64,000 bases of DNA from Octopus sinensis. Taxonomy: Eukaryota. The notes under the pieces are model-generated. The model did not search any database. It was not told the DNA's origin and saw nothing but the letters and a program-made list of their open reading frames with translations. Location: contig NC_042998.1 of NCBI RefSeq assembly GCF_006345805.1, positions 206,770,001-206,834,000 of the forward strand, in the 5' to 3' direction. Both the position numbers and the translations under genes were made by a program. Shown piece by piece: positions 1 to 12,160 of this stretch. Each line of letters starts with the position of its first letter. Positions within the stretch are counted from its first letter, which is position 1.

Positions 1-365
1 GGTGGCACGTAAAAAGCATTATTTGAGCATGGACAATGCTAATACCACCTGACTGGTACCTGTGCCAGTGACACATAAAAAGCACCATTTGAGTGTGACT
101 GTTGCCAGTGCCACCTGACTGGCACCTGTGCTGGTGGCATGTGTAAAAAGCATCATTCGAACATGATTGATGCCAGTGCTGCCTGACTGGCCCTCATGCT
201 GGTAGCACGTAAAAAGCACCCACTACACCCTCGGAGTGGTTGGCATTAGAAACACTGCGAGATCAGACTGGAGCCTGGTGCAGCCTTCTGGCTCACCAGT
301 CCTCAGTCAAACCGTCCAACCCATGCCAGCATGGAAAGTGGATGTTAAAAGATGATGATGATGAT
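1..365 (+). mobile_element. RTE-tail SINE/LINE 3' repeat family C with internal ~60-bp tandem units
   Basis: GGCACGTAAAAAGCACC units and CCAACCCATGC.AGCATGGAAA..GGA.GTTAAA-(GAT)n tail. Copies at 1880-2245(-), 9890-10070(-), 13630-13800(-), 16075-16250(-), 17180-17720, 30575-30780, 58880-59130(-), 61680-61880(-). Confidence 0.85.
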
Positions 366-942
366 GAAACGCTGGGGTCGATGTAATCAACTCATTCACT
401 CCCCCTTGTGCCTTTAGTAGAAAGGATATTTATTATTCATGGGTCGAATGGTTTGAGAGGATTCAACGGGCCCAAGGGTTGCCTCATGCTTCGAAGTCTG
501 CACTGCCATGGTTTCTACAGCTAGATGCCCTTCCTGATGCCAACCACTTTACAGTGGGTATGAGGTGCTTTTCTTTTTCTCATGCTACTGGCACTAGTGA
601 GGTCACAGGCAGCTTGAAAGAGTATGAAACCCAAAGGAGGTAAGGGGTGATGGGCAGCTTTATGCTAGGAGAGGAGTGGATTGGAGCAATATGAAATGAA
701 GGGTCTTCTCAAGAATGCAGTCCAGGAACTGAAATCATGATCTTGAAATGAAGACAGTGAGTGCAACAATCCAACTAATAGGCCAAACACCTTCAGTTTT
801 TGTTAGTTAAGGCTAGGGTTGGGGTTAGTATCAGTCAAACTGTCTTTTCTTAGAATTCTCTATTCTTCAGAATGTCTTCCGTTCCCATTTGGAGCTGGTC
901 TCAAATGACACAAGGCGTTTGTTTACAGTGAATCAAGAACTA

Positions 943-1290
943 GGCGCAGGTGTGGCTGTGTGGTAAGTAGCTTGCTTACCATCCACATGATTCTGGGTTC
1001 AGTCCCACTGCGTGGAATTTGGGCAAGTGTCTTCTACTATAGCCTCAGGCCAACCAAAGACTTGTGAGTGGATTTGGTAGATGGAAACTGAAAGAAGCCT
1101 GTCATATGGTTGTGTATTGGTGTTTGTCCCCACACCATTGCTTGACAACCAATGTTGGTGTGTTTACGTCCCCTGTAACTTAGCAGTTCAGCAATAGAGA
1201 CTGATAGAATAAGTACTAGGCTTACTAAGAATAAGTCCTGGGGTCGATTTGTTAAACTAAAGGCGGTGCTCCAGCATGGTTGCAGCCAAT
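943..1290 (+). mobile_element. tRNA-derived SINE family A (CR1-like tail)
   Basis: GGCGCAGG.GTGGCTGTGTGGTAAG A box, GGGTTCAGTCCC B box, central CTTGGGCAAGTGTCTTCT, tail GGCGGTGCTCCAGCATGG. More than 15 copies, e.g. 4790-5155(-), 11060-11340(-), 15433-15830, 33745-34140(-), 40095-40800, 43010-43410(-), 60165-60520. Confidence 0.85.
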
Positions 1291-1610
1291 AAACTAATTC
1301 CGTATGATATTTCATATATTTGTATTCATCTTTAGGGTATAAATGCTTATATTTCAGTGAAAGATGTAAAAATTGGTGACAAGGTCAATATGCCAATGTT
1401 TGCTAACAAAGTCCTTCATGATACTTGTTCTGCCCAAGTTGCGTAGACACTCCCTTACCACTCACCATCATAAATGTAGTGAAACAGTGAAATTGTACAT
1501 TACAATACAATGGACTTCTTTCAGTTTCCATCCACCAAATTTACTCACAAGACTTTGGTTAACCTGGGGCCATAGAAGAGATATGTTGTAAAACCATGTT
1601 AGGAAACAGA

Positions 1611-1841
1611 GGCGGCAAACTGGCAGAAATGTTAGCACGCCGGGCGAAATGCGTAGCCGTATTTCGTCTGCCGTTACGTTCTGGGTTCAAATTCCGCCGA
1701 GGTCGACTTTGCCTTTCATCCTTTCGGGGTCAATAAATTAAGTACCAGTTACGCACTGGGGTCGATGTAATCGACTTAATCCTTTTGTCTGTCCTTGTTT
1801 TTCCCCTCTGTGTTTAGCCCCTTGTGGGTAGTAAAGAAATA
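1611..1841 (+). mobile_element. tRNA-derived SINE family B (Nin/Deu-domain-like)
   Basis: GGCGGC.AGCTGGCAGAAA head, GTTCAAATTCC B box, GCCTTTCATCCTTTCGGGGTC.ATAAA..AAGTACCAG domain. Copies at 2279-2503, 26340-26615(-), 28101-28330, 34428-34620, 40835-41215, 43580-43790(-), 44100-44262(-). Confidence 0.85.
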
Positions 1842-2515
1842 CATGTTAGGAAACAAACTCCATTACCCCAACCCGTATATACACATCATCATCATCATCG
1901 TTTACTATCTGTTTTCCATGCTACCATGGGTTGGACGGTTAGACTGTGGTTTGGCAAGCCAGGAAACCACACCAGGTTTCTAATCTGATCTGGCAAGGTT
2001 CCTACAGCTGCATGCCCTTCCTAACGCTAACCACTCCAAAAGTGTACTGGGTGCTTTTTTAACGTGCCACTGGCACAGGGGCCAGGAGGCTGGCATCGAC
2101 CACATCCGGATTGTGCTTTTACATGCCACTGGCATGGAGAGCCAGTCAGGTGGCACTGGCAACGACTGATTCATGAATGTCGCTTATTGTCTGCCACCAG
2201 CATGGGAGCCAGTCAGGTGGCACTGGCATCGGCCACAACTACAATTTCCATTTGATTGTGGTTTGATTTGATTAAAAAGGGTGGCGAGCTGGCAGAAACG
2301 TTAGCACGCCAGGCAAAATGCTTAGCGGTATTTTGTCTGTCGCAACATTCTGAGATCAAATTCCACCGAGGTCGACTTTGCCTTTCATCCTTTCAGGGTC
2401 GATTAAATAAATATCGACTGGGGTCAATATAATCGACTTAATCCGTTTGTCTGTCCTTGTTTGTCCCCTCTGTGTTTAGCCCCTTGTGGGTAGTAAAGAA
2501 ATAGGTTTGATTTGA

Positions 2516-2746
2516 TTAACCCTTTCATTACCGTATATATTTTGAGATGTTCTGTGTTTCGTTCAATTAATTTTAGATATAACGAAGAATTTATTAAAAT
2601 AACTTAGTTATCATTAAGCTAGTATTAGGAACATAAATTGTGACTTAAGGTTTGGTGGAAGATTTTAATTCAAAACTTATGAAAACAAGACATTTGTACT
2701 ACAGAGCCAGAGATGGTTTCAGTTAGGTTGGTAACGAAAGAGTTAA
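2516..2746. mobile_element. piggyBac-type MITE (TTAA-CCC...GGG-TTAA)
   Basis: TTAACCCTTTCATTACC...GGTAACGAAAGAGTTAA; same family at 12161, 12401 and 13385. Confidence 0.8.
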
Positions 2747-3289
2747 AATATGAAATTAAATAGATGACAAAGGAACAGGAAAATCTGCACTGAATTCCAT
2801 TAGCTTAATACTGTTTCTAATTTAATATGATAAAGGACAAATTTTCATCATCACTAATTGTGATTGAGAGTGGCAAAGCACCGATTTTGTAAGAAATAAG
2901 AGTTAAAAACTCCCGATGCTGTACGAAGCAGGCAACATATAACAGGGGAGATAACTGCCGCATGAGCGTCTCTAAAATCACATGATTAGACTATCTCCAC
3001 CTGTTGGTCATAGGCTTGTCAATGCTTGTGACTCAAACGCTCAATGGTTTGTCTGAATACGGCTGTCAGGATATTTTTACCATAAAAACTTATGACTTAC
3101 GGAGATGTACTTGCATAGCAAGTGACCTGACCTGAGATTTGTGTGCTGGAACGAAAACAATTGCAGCGTGGAAGGTGTTTATAAGCCATTTAAGAAACAC
3201 ACAAAACCGTTAGATTCACTTCAACATTTAATTTTAATTTGTCAAAATATTTTCATCGCTTTGAGACTGCGCAATAAATGCTCAAAATG

Positions 3290-4465
3290 TGCAGAGAACA
3301 ACTTCTGCCACATTCCAGGGAGAAAAACTAGAAGTAGTTGATAGCTTCCGTTACCTAGGTGACCAAGTCAGTAGTGGGGGAGGGTGCACTGAAAGTGTAG
3401 CTGCTAGAATAAGAATAGCCTGGGCAAAGTTCAGAGAGCTCTTACTTCTGCTGGTGACAAAGGGCCTCTCGCTCAGAGTAAAAGGTAGACTGTATGATGC
3501 ATGTGTACGAATAGCCATGCTACATGGCAGTGAAACATGGGCCGTGACTGCTGAGGACATACGTAAGCTCGCAAGGAATGAAGCCAGCATGCTCCGATGG
3601 ATGTGTAATGTCAGTACTCATACTCGACAGAGTGTAAGTACCTTGAGAGAAAAGCTGGACCTAAGAAGCATCAGATGTGGTGTGGAAGAGAGAAGACTCC
3701 GCCATGTGGATAGCTGTGTGAAAAAGTGCCACACCTTAGCAGTTGAGGGAACCTGTGGAAGAGGTAGACCCATGAAGACCTGGGATGAGGTGGTGAAGCA
3801 TGACCTTCAAACATTGGATCTCACCGAGGCAATGACTAGTGACCAGGACCTTTGGAAATATGCTGTGCTTGAGAAGACTCGGCAAGCACAAGTGAGACCA
3901 TAACCTTGTGGCCTAAGCCAGGGGTGTAACCAGCCCACTTATGCGTACCTTTCCCTCATTGGACACTAAACTGCTTGCGAAGACCTGTTGAGGCAAGTAA
4001 AATCGAAATTGAAATTAAATTCGATGATTGGCATCCATGCTAGTGGAGCGCTAAGAGTACCATATGAGCGTGATCATTGCCAGAGCAACGAGCTGGCCTC
4101 AAAACACCATTCGAACGTAATCGTTACCTGCGTCGCCTTACTGGCACTTGTGCTGGTGGCATGTGAAAAAACATTTGAGCGAGGTCATTACCAGTGCTGC
4201 TGGACTGGCTCCTGTGCAGGTGGCAAATAAAAAGAACCATTTGAGCGTGGCTATTGCCAGTACTGCCTGACTGGCCTTCGTGCTGGTGGCACGTAAAAGC
4301 ACCCACTACACTCTCGGAGTGGTTGGCGTTAGGAAGGGCATCCAGCTGTAGAAACACTGCCAGATCAGACTGGACCCTGGTGCAGCCTCCGGGCCTTCCA
4401 GACTCCGGTCAAACCATCCAACCCATGCTAGCATGGAAAATGGACGTTAAATGATGATGATGATC
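3290..4465 (+). mobile_element. 5'-truncated RTE-clade LINE (RT C-terminus plus 3' UTR ending in (GAT)n)
   Basis: ORF 3289-3903: EKLEVVDSFRYLGD, RIRIAWAKFREL, GRLYDACVRIAMLHGSETW, GRGRPMKTWDEVV; 3' UTR ends GGACGTTAAATGATGATGATG. Confidence 0.9.
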
Positions 4466-5564
4466 TATGTAAGACTGTTTGTCACCCACCGCCGCTTGAC
4501 AACCAGTGTTGGTGTGTTTACATCCCCATAATTCAGCAGATTGGCAAAATAGACTAAACACCAGGCCAAAACCAAAAGTAAGTCCTGGGGGTTGGTTCAT
4601 TTGACTAGAAATTCTTCAAGGTGGTGCCCCAGCAAGGCCATGATCTAATGAATGAAACAAATAAGAGACATATACTGGATTTTGTAGATGATAGTGTTAT
4701 CAGCTCTATATATTCCATGGGGCAACCAAAGTGCTTAAAATGGTAAAGAGTGATACGAGAATATCAGTTTCACTCGGGTTGAACAAATGTTTACTTGTTT
4801 CAGTCATTTGATTGTGGCCATGCTAGAGCACCGCCTTTAGTTGAACAAACTGACCCCAGCACTTATTCTTTGTCAGCCTAGTATTTATTCTATCAGTCTC
4901 TTTTGCTGAACCGCTAGGTTACGGGGACGTACACACACTAACATCGGTTGTCAAGCGATGTTGGAGTGACAAACACAGACACACATACATATATACAACA
5001 GGCTTCTTTCAGTTTCCGTCTACCAAATCCACTGACAAGGCTTTGGTTGGCCTGAAGCTATAGTAGAAATTTGCCCAAGGTGCCACGCAGTGGGACTGAA
5101 CCCAGAACCATGTGGTTGGTAAGCAAGCTACTTACCACACAGCCACTCCTGCGCCTATGTAAACACTTGTTTTGGCATTCCTTCGATATAACTCTACAAA
5201 ACCAAAACATTTCACTAGGGATATTTCCGTGGGTTGTGGAATAATAGACATAACGAAATTATATCAGCAATGTCTCGTTTTAAAGAAAAAAATAAAGCCT
5301 TGCATATTTGTTCTTACCTGTTTCCTGTGTCTATGTAAAACCCGCAAATTTTCAAGCGGAAAACGAAATCGAACTGTCATTTGCTTCCACGGAAATACCC
5401 GAAGTGAATTGTTTTGATTTTGTCGAGTTATATCGAAAGAATGTCACTTATTATTTTTTAAAATTTTTATTCCCATTGATTGAAGTTCTGCTCAATCAGG
5501 ATTGACCTGGAAGTTACACACAACTTTCGTTTAATAAATTATCACCGTTCAACAATAATCTAGT

Positions 5565-5982
5565 GGATACTATAAGGTTGTCCCAAAAGTTCGTAGAAAG
5601 TCTTGGAAAATAATGGTCTTTATTTTGAGGAATAATTTTTGTTGTTTTTGTTATTACTTGGCGAGTAAAAGTTCAATTTTCGCAAGTGTTTACGAACTTT
5701 TGGGACAACCTAATACTAGCGAACAGTGGTCCCGGTGCGCGCACTCGCGCTAGTCGATCCTACAACGACTTGCGCCTATGTTTGTATTTCAAGGCTGAAT
5801 ACATATCAAAGAAAATTAAATATTTTTCGAACAAAGTAAATTTTTAAAACTAAGTAAATGAATTATTTTTATAAACAAAATAGGGTTATGTTTAGGGTTA
5901 GGGTTAAAAAGTCGACTACTTACGACTAGCTAGCGCAGATGCGCGAGTGCGCGCACCCGGACCACTGTTCGCTAGTAGTACC
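5565..5982. mobile_element. Merlin-type MITE copy with a second MITE nested in its left TIR
   Basis: CTAGCGAACAGTGGTCCCGGTGCGCGCAC...GGACCACTGTTCGCTAGTAGTACC; left terminus GGATAC-TA split by the insertion. Confidence 0.7.
5573..5713. mobile_element. Small MITE with TA duplication (Tc1/mariner-like)
   Basis: TIR T(A/T)AGGTTGTCCCAAAAGTTCGTA at both ends, TA on each side. Confidence 0.65.
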
Positions 5983-6946
5983 ATGTTTCTTATACTTTTT
6001 AACTCAAGTCGTTATTATTATTAGTAGTAGTAGTAATTAGGGCGGGAGCAGGTAGAATCGTTATCGCATCGGACAAAATGCTTAGCGGTATTTCTTCCTA
6101 CTTTTGTACGTTCTGACCTCGAATCTCGCCGAGGTCAAGTTTGCGGTTGATGTAATCGATTAACACACTTCCCCTAAAATCACTGGCCTTCTTAAAAAAT
6201 TTAAAACATCATTATTATTACTACTACTACTACTACTATTATTATTATTATTATAATTGATATTCCTTTAAAAGAATAAATATATAAGCGAAAGTACAGA
6301 TGACTTCAAGAGCACATGGTTATAATACTTGGCAACGGTGGAGCCTCTATGTGGTCACTAAATCTGCTAGAAATAGAGTCCGTCTCGAATCACATACTAC
6401 ATTCTCAAATAAGGAAAGGACATACACCACGAAAAGACGGGATGGTCACAGCTGAAATGCCCAAGATCACAGGTGTGTACTCGATCTAAGGTTGACCCGA
6501 GGTTAAACAACATTAACAAGGAATAAATCGTTGAACCATTATTTAATTTCTTTCCTAAACTAATCAAGCAAACACGTGAAATTACATTTAAAACATTTTA
6601 CATACACACAGGTAAGAACAAATTATATTTTATGAAACACTAGGGGTGGGGTGTATGAGATATTTATACAAAAGAGGTAGGTTTCGTTTAGTAAATATAT
6701 TTAAAAACATCAAAAGTTAATATATAATTGAATGAAAATATATAATACCTAAGATTCATCAGGTTTTGTTGCCAAAGTTTTAAGGGTCTCAGCCCCGAAA
6801 TTGAGATTAATTAAAAGACACAACTTCTTACATTTAAGCTTCCTTTCAACAGCTCCATATAACAATGTATATACATATATATATATATTATTAATATTAT
6901 TATTATTATTATTTACACGTTCCTTGCTAAACCCCAAAAACCGTCA

Positions 6947-7327
6947 TCAAGATTCCGAAGGCGGATCTTTCACTTGTTTTGTGTCCTTCTGGGTTTCCAA
7001 GTCGATTCTTTCCTTGGCTCGGTAAACTTTCGACTGGATGTAGAAAGAACCACCCTTCTGCTTGTCGTTCACATCGAACAAGTGTTTGAAGCTCTTGTTT
7101 ACCTTCTCCGGGTCATCTAAATCCGTGACATTGAGGATACTCTTGGCCTCGGCCAAAGTGATCCCCGTCACATTGTCGTCGGCCGCCCGACGGGTCCCTC
7201 TTCGTCCGCCGCCAGATCTCTGCGCATTTTGTTGACTAGTCCTCAATTCCTGGCGTAAAGCAGCCGTAAACGCCCGTCCCACGATCTGGGCTCCGGCCAC
7301 AATGATTTGTGCAAGATACTTGGCCAT
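6947..7327 (-). CDS. PAM16: Mitochondrial import motor J-like subunit PAM16/TIM16 (Magmas), 126 aa, single exon
   Basis: MAKYLAQIIVAGAQIVGRAFTAALRQE...GITLAEAKSILNV...FKHLFDVNDKQKGGSFYIQSKVYRAKERID closely matches the PAM16 family as I recall it. Uninterrupted ORF. Confidence 0.97.
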   Translation of the reverse strand: MAKYLAQIIVAGAQIVGRAFTAALRQELRTSQQNAQRSGGGRRGTRRAADDNVTGITLAEAKSILNVTDLDDPEKVNKSFKHLFDVNDKQKGGSFYIQSKVYRAKERIDLETQKDTKQVKDPPSES

Positions 7328-7405
7328 GGACCGTTTGTAATGATCGTTTTTTTATGAGACCAAAAGATTTATTCTTGAAGCCGCATGTCTTGTCCTTCAC
7401 GAGGG

Positions 7406-7413
7406 ACTTCCGG
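7406..7413 (-). promoter_or_regulatory. ETS/GABP-type CCGGAAGT site upstream of PAM16
   Basis: ACTTCCGG on +, about 80 bp upstream of the PAM16 ATG in a short CpG-containing stretch; typical of housekeeping/mitochondrial promoters. Confidence 0.45.
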
Positions 7414-7563
7414 CAGAGGTTCCAGGGAGATAACTACGACCACCAAACCACTGGCTTCTTATAAAATGGTCGAAACGAAACTGGTTCCCGAGCTGGGATG
7501 GGCATATTATTCGACCAGCTAGAAATAGCAACGAATGTTTTTTTTTTCTCAAAATCATACCCA

Positions 7564-7720
7564 GCTATCTTAAACACACACACATCTAAAATAAGCACAC
7601 ACACAGATCCACACATCAAAAATAAGCACACACACACACATATATACACACACACACATCAAAAATAAGCACACACACACACATCCACACACACACACAC
7701 ACACACACACATCAAAAATA
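7564..7720. repeat. Minisatellite (CA)n-TC-AAAATAAGC units upstream of PAM16
   Basis: Four to five imperfect ~30-40-bp units. Confidence 0.7.
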
Positions 7721-7889
7721 ACTACAACTAACATGAAATGACTGGATTCTTATAAAATGGTCGAAACGAAACTGGTTTCCGGGCTGAGCAGGGTAAACAG
7801 TTTCGTTTCGAAAATTGAAATGACAACCATATTATTCCACCATGCTAGAAATAGCAACGAATGCTTTTTCTCAAAATCACACCCAGCTA

Positions 7890-8126
7890 TCTGTTTCTTT
7901 ACTACCCACAAGGGGCTAAACATAGAGGGGAGACAAACAAAGACAGACAAACGGATTAAGTCGATTATATCGACCCCAGTGCGTAACTGGTACTTATTTA
8001 ATCGAACCCGAAAGGATGAAAGGCAAAGTCGACCTCGGCGGAATTTGAACTCAGAACGCAACCGCAGACGAAATACGGCTACGTATTTCGCCCGGCGTGC
8101 TAACGCTTCTGCCAGCTCGCCGCCTT
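7890..8126 (-). mobile_element. SINE family B copy with ~15-bp TSD
   Basis: AATCACACCCAGCTA (7875-7889) and AATCACACCCCAGCTA (8127-8142) flank the element. Confidence 0.9.
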
Positions 8127-8904
8127 AATCACACCCCAGCTACCTTAAACCCACACACGCATTGAGCAATGTAGCCTAACTTATAAAAAGACAAGATGGT
8201 CATATATGGAAAGTCCTTGCTTACAGACCGTTTATCTATCATAATCTCAGTTATATAATACTTACGTGTTTTCATAGAAATATAGGAGACTTACGAGTAC
8301 ACAAGTCCTCAACTGTCAGGTCTCTCACAGAAGGTCGTTTGGGGTCAAGGGGTCATGCTTTGGGGAAAGAAAAATGATTTCCTTACGTGCTCCCTTGAAT
8401 TATTTAGCCTACGACTGCAGAATAAATGCACTTGTTTTTTAGGTCATTGGTCTATGTGGTCACTAGAGCTGCTAGTAATAGCAGCCATATAGCTCAGAAA
8501 ATCACATCATTAGAGAGAAAAAAATTATGGTGACATTGGATAATTTAGGTTGAAGTGCATCTTGCTGGTGAAAAGGATTGCTTGGAAGGTCGTTAATTAT
8601 GTACCGACTCAATCAAGGAATCCTCGGGAATTAAACGATCTAATGTAAGCTTTTTTTTAGACTGGAAGTGAATTATTAAAAATTATATCCCTACTTGCGG
8701 ATATGGCTTTGTGTTTAGGAAGCTTGCTTTCCAACTACATGGTTGAGGGTTCAGTCCCACTGTGTGGCACCTTGGGCAAGTGTCTTCTACTATAGACTCA
8801 GGCTGTCTAACGTCTTGTGAGTGAATATGGTAGTTGGAAAGCATGTGGAAGCCTACCTACCTACCTACCTACCTACCTACATACATACATACATACATAC
8901 ATAC

Positions 8905-9122
8905 CAACGTATGGATTTTCAGAAAGAGAAATCAATCGGCTGATTCGTACATTACAAGTGCAATCTGTAAGAGGAACAGTAAAAATATGCAAGACTTTTC
9001 TCAAGTTCCAAATGTGACTTTGTCTGTGTTAACTACATCCCAAAGATGGAGCCTTCTATCTTTGTTGGAAACCGGCACCCTCCTCAGTGGAAGATTTATA
9101 ATAATTAAAAAAATAGAAGGGA
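8905..9122 (+). mobile_element. 3' fragment of a non-LTR retroelement inserted in (CATA)n, possibly R4/Dong-like
   Basis: GFSEREINRLIRTLQVQSVRGTVKICKTFLKFQM* plus a short UTR, bounded by (CATA)n on both sides; clade assignment is a guess. Confidence 0.45.
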
Positions 9123-9515
9123 CATACATACATACATACATATATGTTGATTGCTTCATCTTAAGAGATGATAGCCATCCCATCAACACACACACCACAC
9201 TCCATCACATAGTACAATCACTCAGTTGATGAGTCCTTAGATGACTTTCAAGACCAACTGCTGACTGACAAGGTTTACAACTAAGTGACAGATATTATTC
9301 AAGTTTCTTCTACATCTTTGCTCTTTGGAATCTGATTCTGAAGGAATGTTTTTGTGAACTAGCATATGTCTTTTAAGTCCAAATATTGTCTTACAAGTTT
9401 TGTTAATACGACACAAATCGTAAGAGGTGTTTGGTGTCCAAGATCATTACCTATCTGGGCATATATATATATATATATATATATATTGGAAGGTTTGGAG
9501 ATGATGTACAGGTTT

Positions 9516-9816
9516 TATATATTAGAAGAAATGAGGTAATCAGAAGATCGGATGGTTTATATTTACAGATATTTATTTGTATATTACATTTTTTATATAT
9601 CATATATCATATCACTTAGATCATTAGCGCTTTCTCCCATTCTAGTGGGGTTTTCAAATCGAACTAAGTTCGATTTGAAAACCCCACTAGAATGGGAGAA
9701 AGCGCTAATGATCTAAGTGATATGATATATGATATATAAAAAATGTAATATACAAATAAATATCTGTAAATATAAACCATCCGATCTTCTGATTACCTCA
9801 TTTCTTCTAATATATA
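9516..9816. repeat. Perfect 301-bp palindrome (150-bp arms, 1-nt loop at 9666), pLTR-like, near (TA)n
   Basis: Base-by-base symmetry about 9666; each arm holds a TTGAAAA...GAAAGCGCTA hammerhead-like motif. Confidence 0.85.
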
Positions 9817-10559
9817 TATACATATATATACATATATATACACACACACATGTATGCATACATACACATACATACATACATACATACCACTATCATCATC
9901 ATCTTCATCATTTAATGTCCACTTTTCATACTGGCATGGGTGGATGGTTTGAGAAGGAACTGGCAAGCCAGAGACCTGCACTAATTTGTCTGTTTTGGTA
10001 TAGTTTCTAAAGTTGGATGCCTTTCCTAATGCCCACCACTTTAGAAAGTGTACAGGGTGCTCTTCAAGTGGATATGACGTAAAATTCATTTTATGTTTAA
10101 GTTTAAAAGACGACACATGATTGTATATACCTGTTTTAAATTAATAGAACAACCAAAGTAAATATAATTATTAGTTGTAGTTATTATTGTGCATTTATAT
10201 ACAACGTTCTGGGTAAGACATCGGCTTAATAATGGACGTGTAGGGAGTAACAATAATAACTTCTTAAACCTATAATATAACCCTTAATTTAAAAAAAAAA
10301 AGATTAGTGTAAAATATGATTGTTCCATAACTAAAATATTCCTTTAGCTGATACCAGACATCAGTCTTTTATTGATATTAGCTAAATAAGTAAATATATA
10401 ATTTTTAGTCTAATATATTTTGAATTATTATACTTTTTCTATAAATCTTCTCTCTTGGTGTCAATTAGCTACATATACTTTACCATAGTATTAGTAATTA
10501 AGCCATTTTATTTCCTTTTCTATGGTGTTCTGCCCTACTTGGGCATTTCACCTGGTGTG

Positions 10560-10920
10560 CTAATGATTCTGCCAGAGGAGTATTTACACGGAAAACCTAC
10601 CCTTAGGGCCTCCTTTTTTACTTACCTAGACGGGTCTTCCCAAGCACAGCAAAGTCACCAATTGCCTCAATCTTCTGTCATCTTCTCTATGAAGCTCATT
10701 TCTTACCAATTTGTCCTGCATCTTTGGGTTTACCTCATCCACAAGCAAGAGGTTTATATGATGGACTCATCTGTCGAAGATGAAGCATGGAATGTCCAGC
10801 TTTTTGCTGACCAGCCTCCACACATGATCAAAAGCATGTGCCACCGCATCAGCTCATTCTCTCCATCAAATCGATGTTGCCTGAACAGGTGTCATGGTGT
10901 GCCACGCATCAGGTGTCGCT
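10560..10920 (-). mobile_element. Degraded RTE LINE fragment
   Basis: Minus strand resembles the RTE C-terminal region seen at 3.3-3.9 kb, with stops and frameshifts. Confidence 0.5.
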
Positions 10921-11412
10921 GTGATCACAGAGCAATGTGAAATGAAGGGTCTTGCTCAAGAACACAATGCACAACCCAGTCTAGGAATTGAAACTACGAT
11001 CTGGCAATCGTGAGTGCAGCACATTTACCTTTAAGGCCATGTGTTGTTGCATGTATTCTTTTACTTGTTTCAGTCATTTCTCTGTGGCCATGCTGGAGCA
11101 CCGCCTTTTAGTCAAACAAATTGACCTCAGGACTTATTCTTTGTAATCCTGGTACTTATTTTATCGGCCTCTTTTGCCGAACAGCTAAGTTACATGGATG
11201 TAAACAATTTGGGGGGACAAACACAGATATATACACACACACATATATAAATGTACAATGGACTTCTTTCAGTTTCCATCTACTAAATCCACTCACAAAG
11301 CTTTGGTCGGCCCAAGGCTTTTGTCAAACCGCTAAGTCATGGGGACATAAACACACCAACACTAATTGTCAAGAAATGGTTGGGCTACAAACACAGACAG
11401 ACAAATACATAC

Positions 11413-11456
<44 letters not shown>

Positions 11457-12160
11457 TAGCAAACACACCCATCCTTTGGACGGTTTAAGTTGCTTTGGTG
11501 GTATTTTTTCACCAATAATTGAACTACCAAGAAGGTTTATGAGTAGCACAGCAATCTATGTTTCAGATTAACTTAGGAAGAGAAAATCAAATTGAAGGCT
11601 GGTTATTGTGGAGGTTGTTGCACTTTAATGATCAGAGAACATATAAGTTTGCAACCAATGTAAAGTAGAACAACTGAAGTGTTTTGGGAGCAGATTACGG
11701 ATAATGACTACAAAATATAGTTGTTTTACATGAAAGCGAAATTTCTTGTCAGAAACAGCCACATAAATGGTGTAAGGAAATTGAAAGATGTTGAAACTTC
11801 CCATCTGTAAGTTTATTTTTGAGCTATTTTTTCGAAGAGAAGTATGATTGGTGCGTTAAAAAATGGCAATATAATACCTACTTGAAAAAGTGAAGTTAAA
11901 GGAATATATTTGCTTACAGAGTATGACCACTCTGAAATGGACTTCAGGTAACGGAAAATGAAGACACGAAGAGTTTGGATTCAGTTCACGAATACTGCTT
12001 TGAATTTTTAACAGTTCGCAGTGAAAAGATGTCGTGTTCGAAATATCATAATGGATGGGTAAATAAGCATCCTTAAAGTGAAACAATGCATTGGCAGGTA
12101 AACAAAGGAAACATCACCTTTCAAGTAACTCAGAATAGGTGAAGGTAAGCTTGCCAAAGT

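Noticed and set aside
1-230. Regularly spaced ~60-bp repeats resembling a CRISPR array (also 4130-4300 and 17350-17520)
   Set aside because: Whole units are homologous with no unique spacers; eukaryotic RTE-derived repeat
5880-5905. TTAGGG-like repeats (also ~810-825)
   Set aside because: Only two to three imperfect units; not an interstitial telomere array
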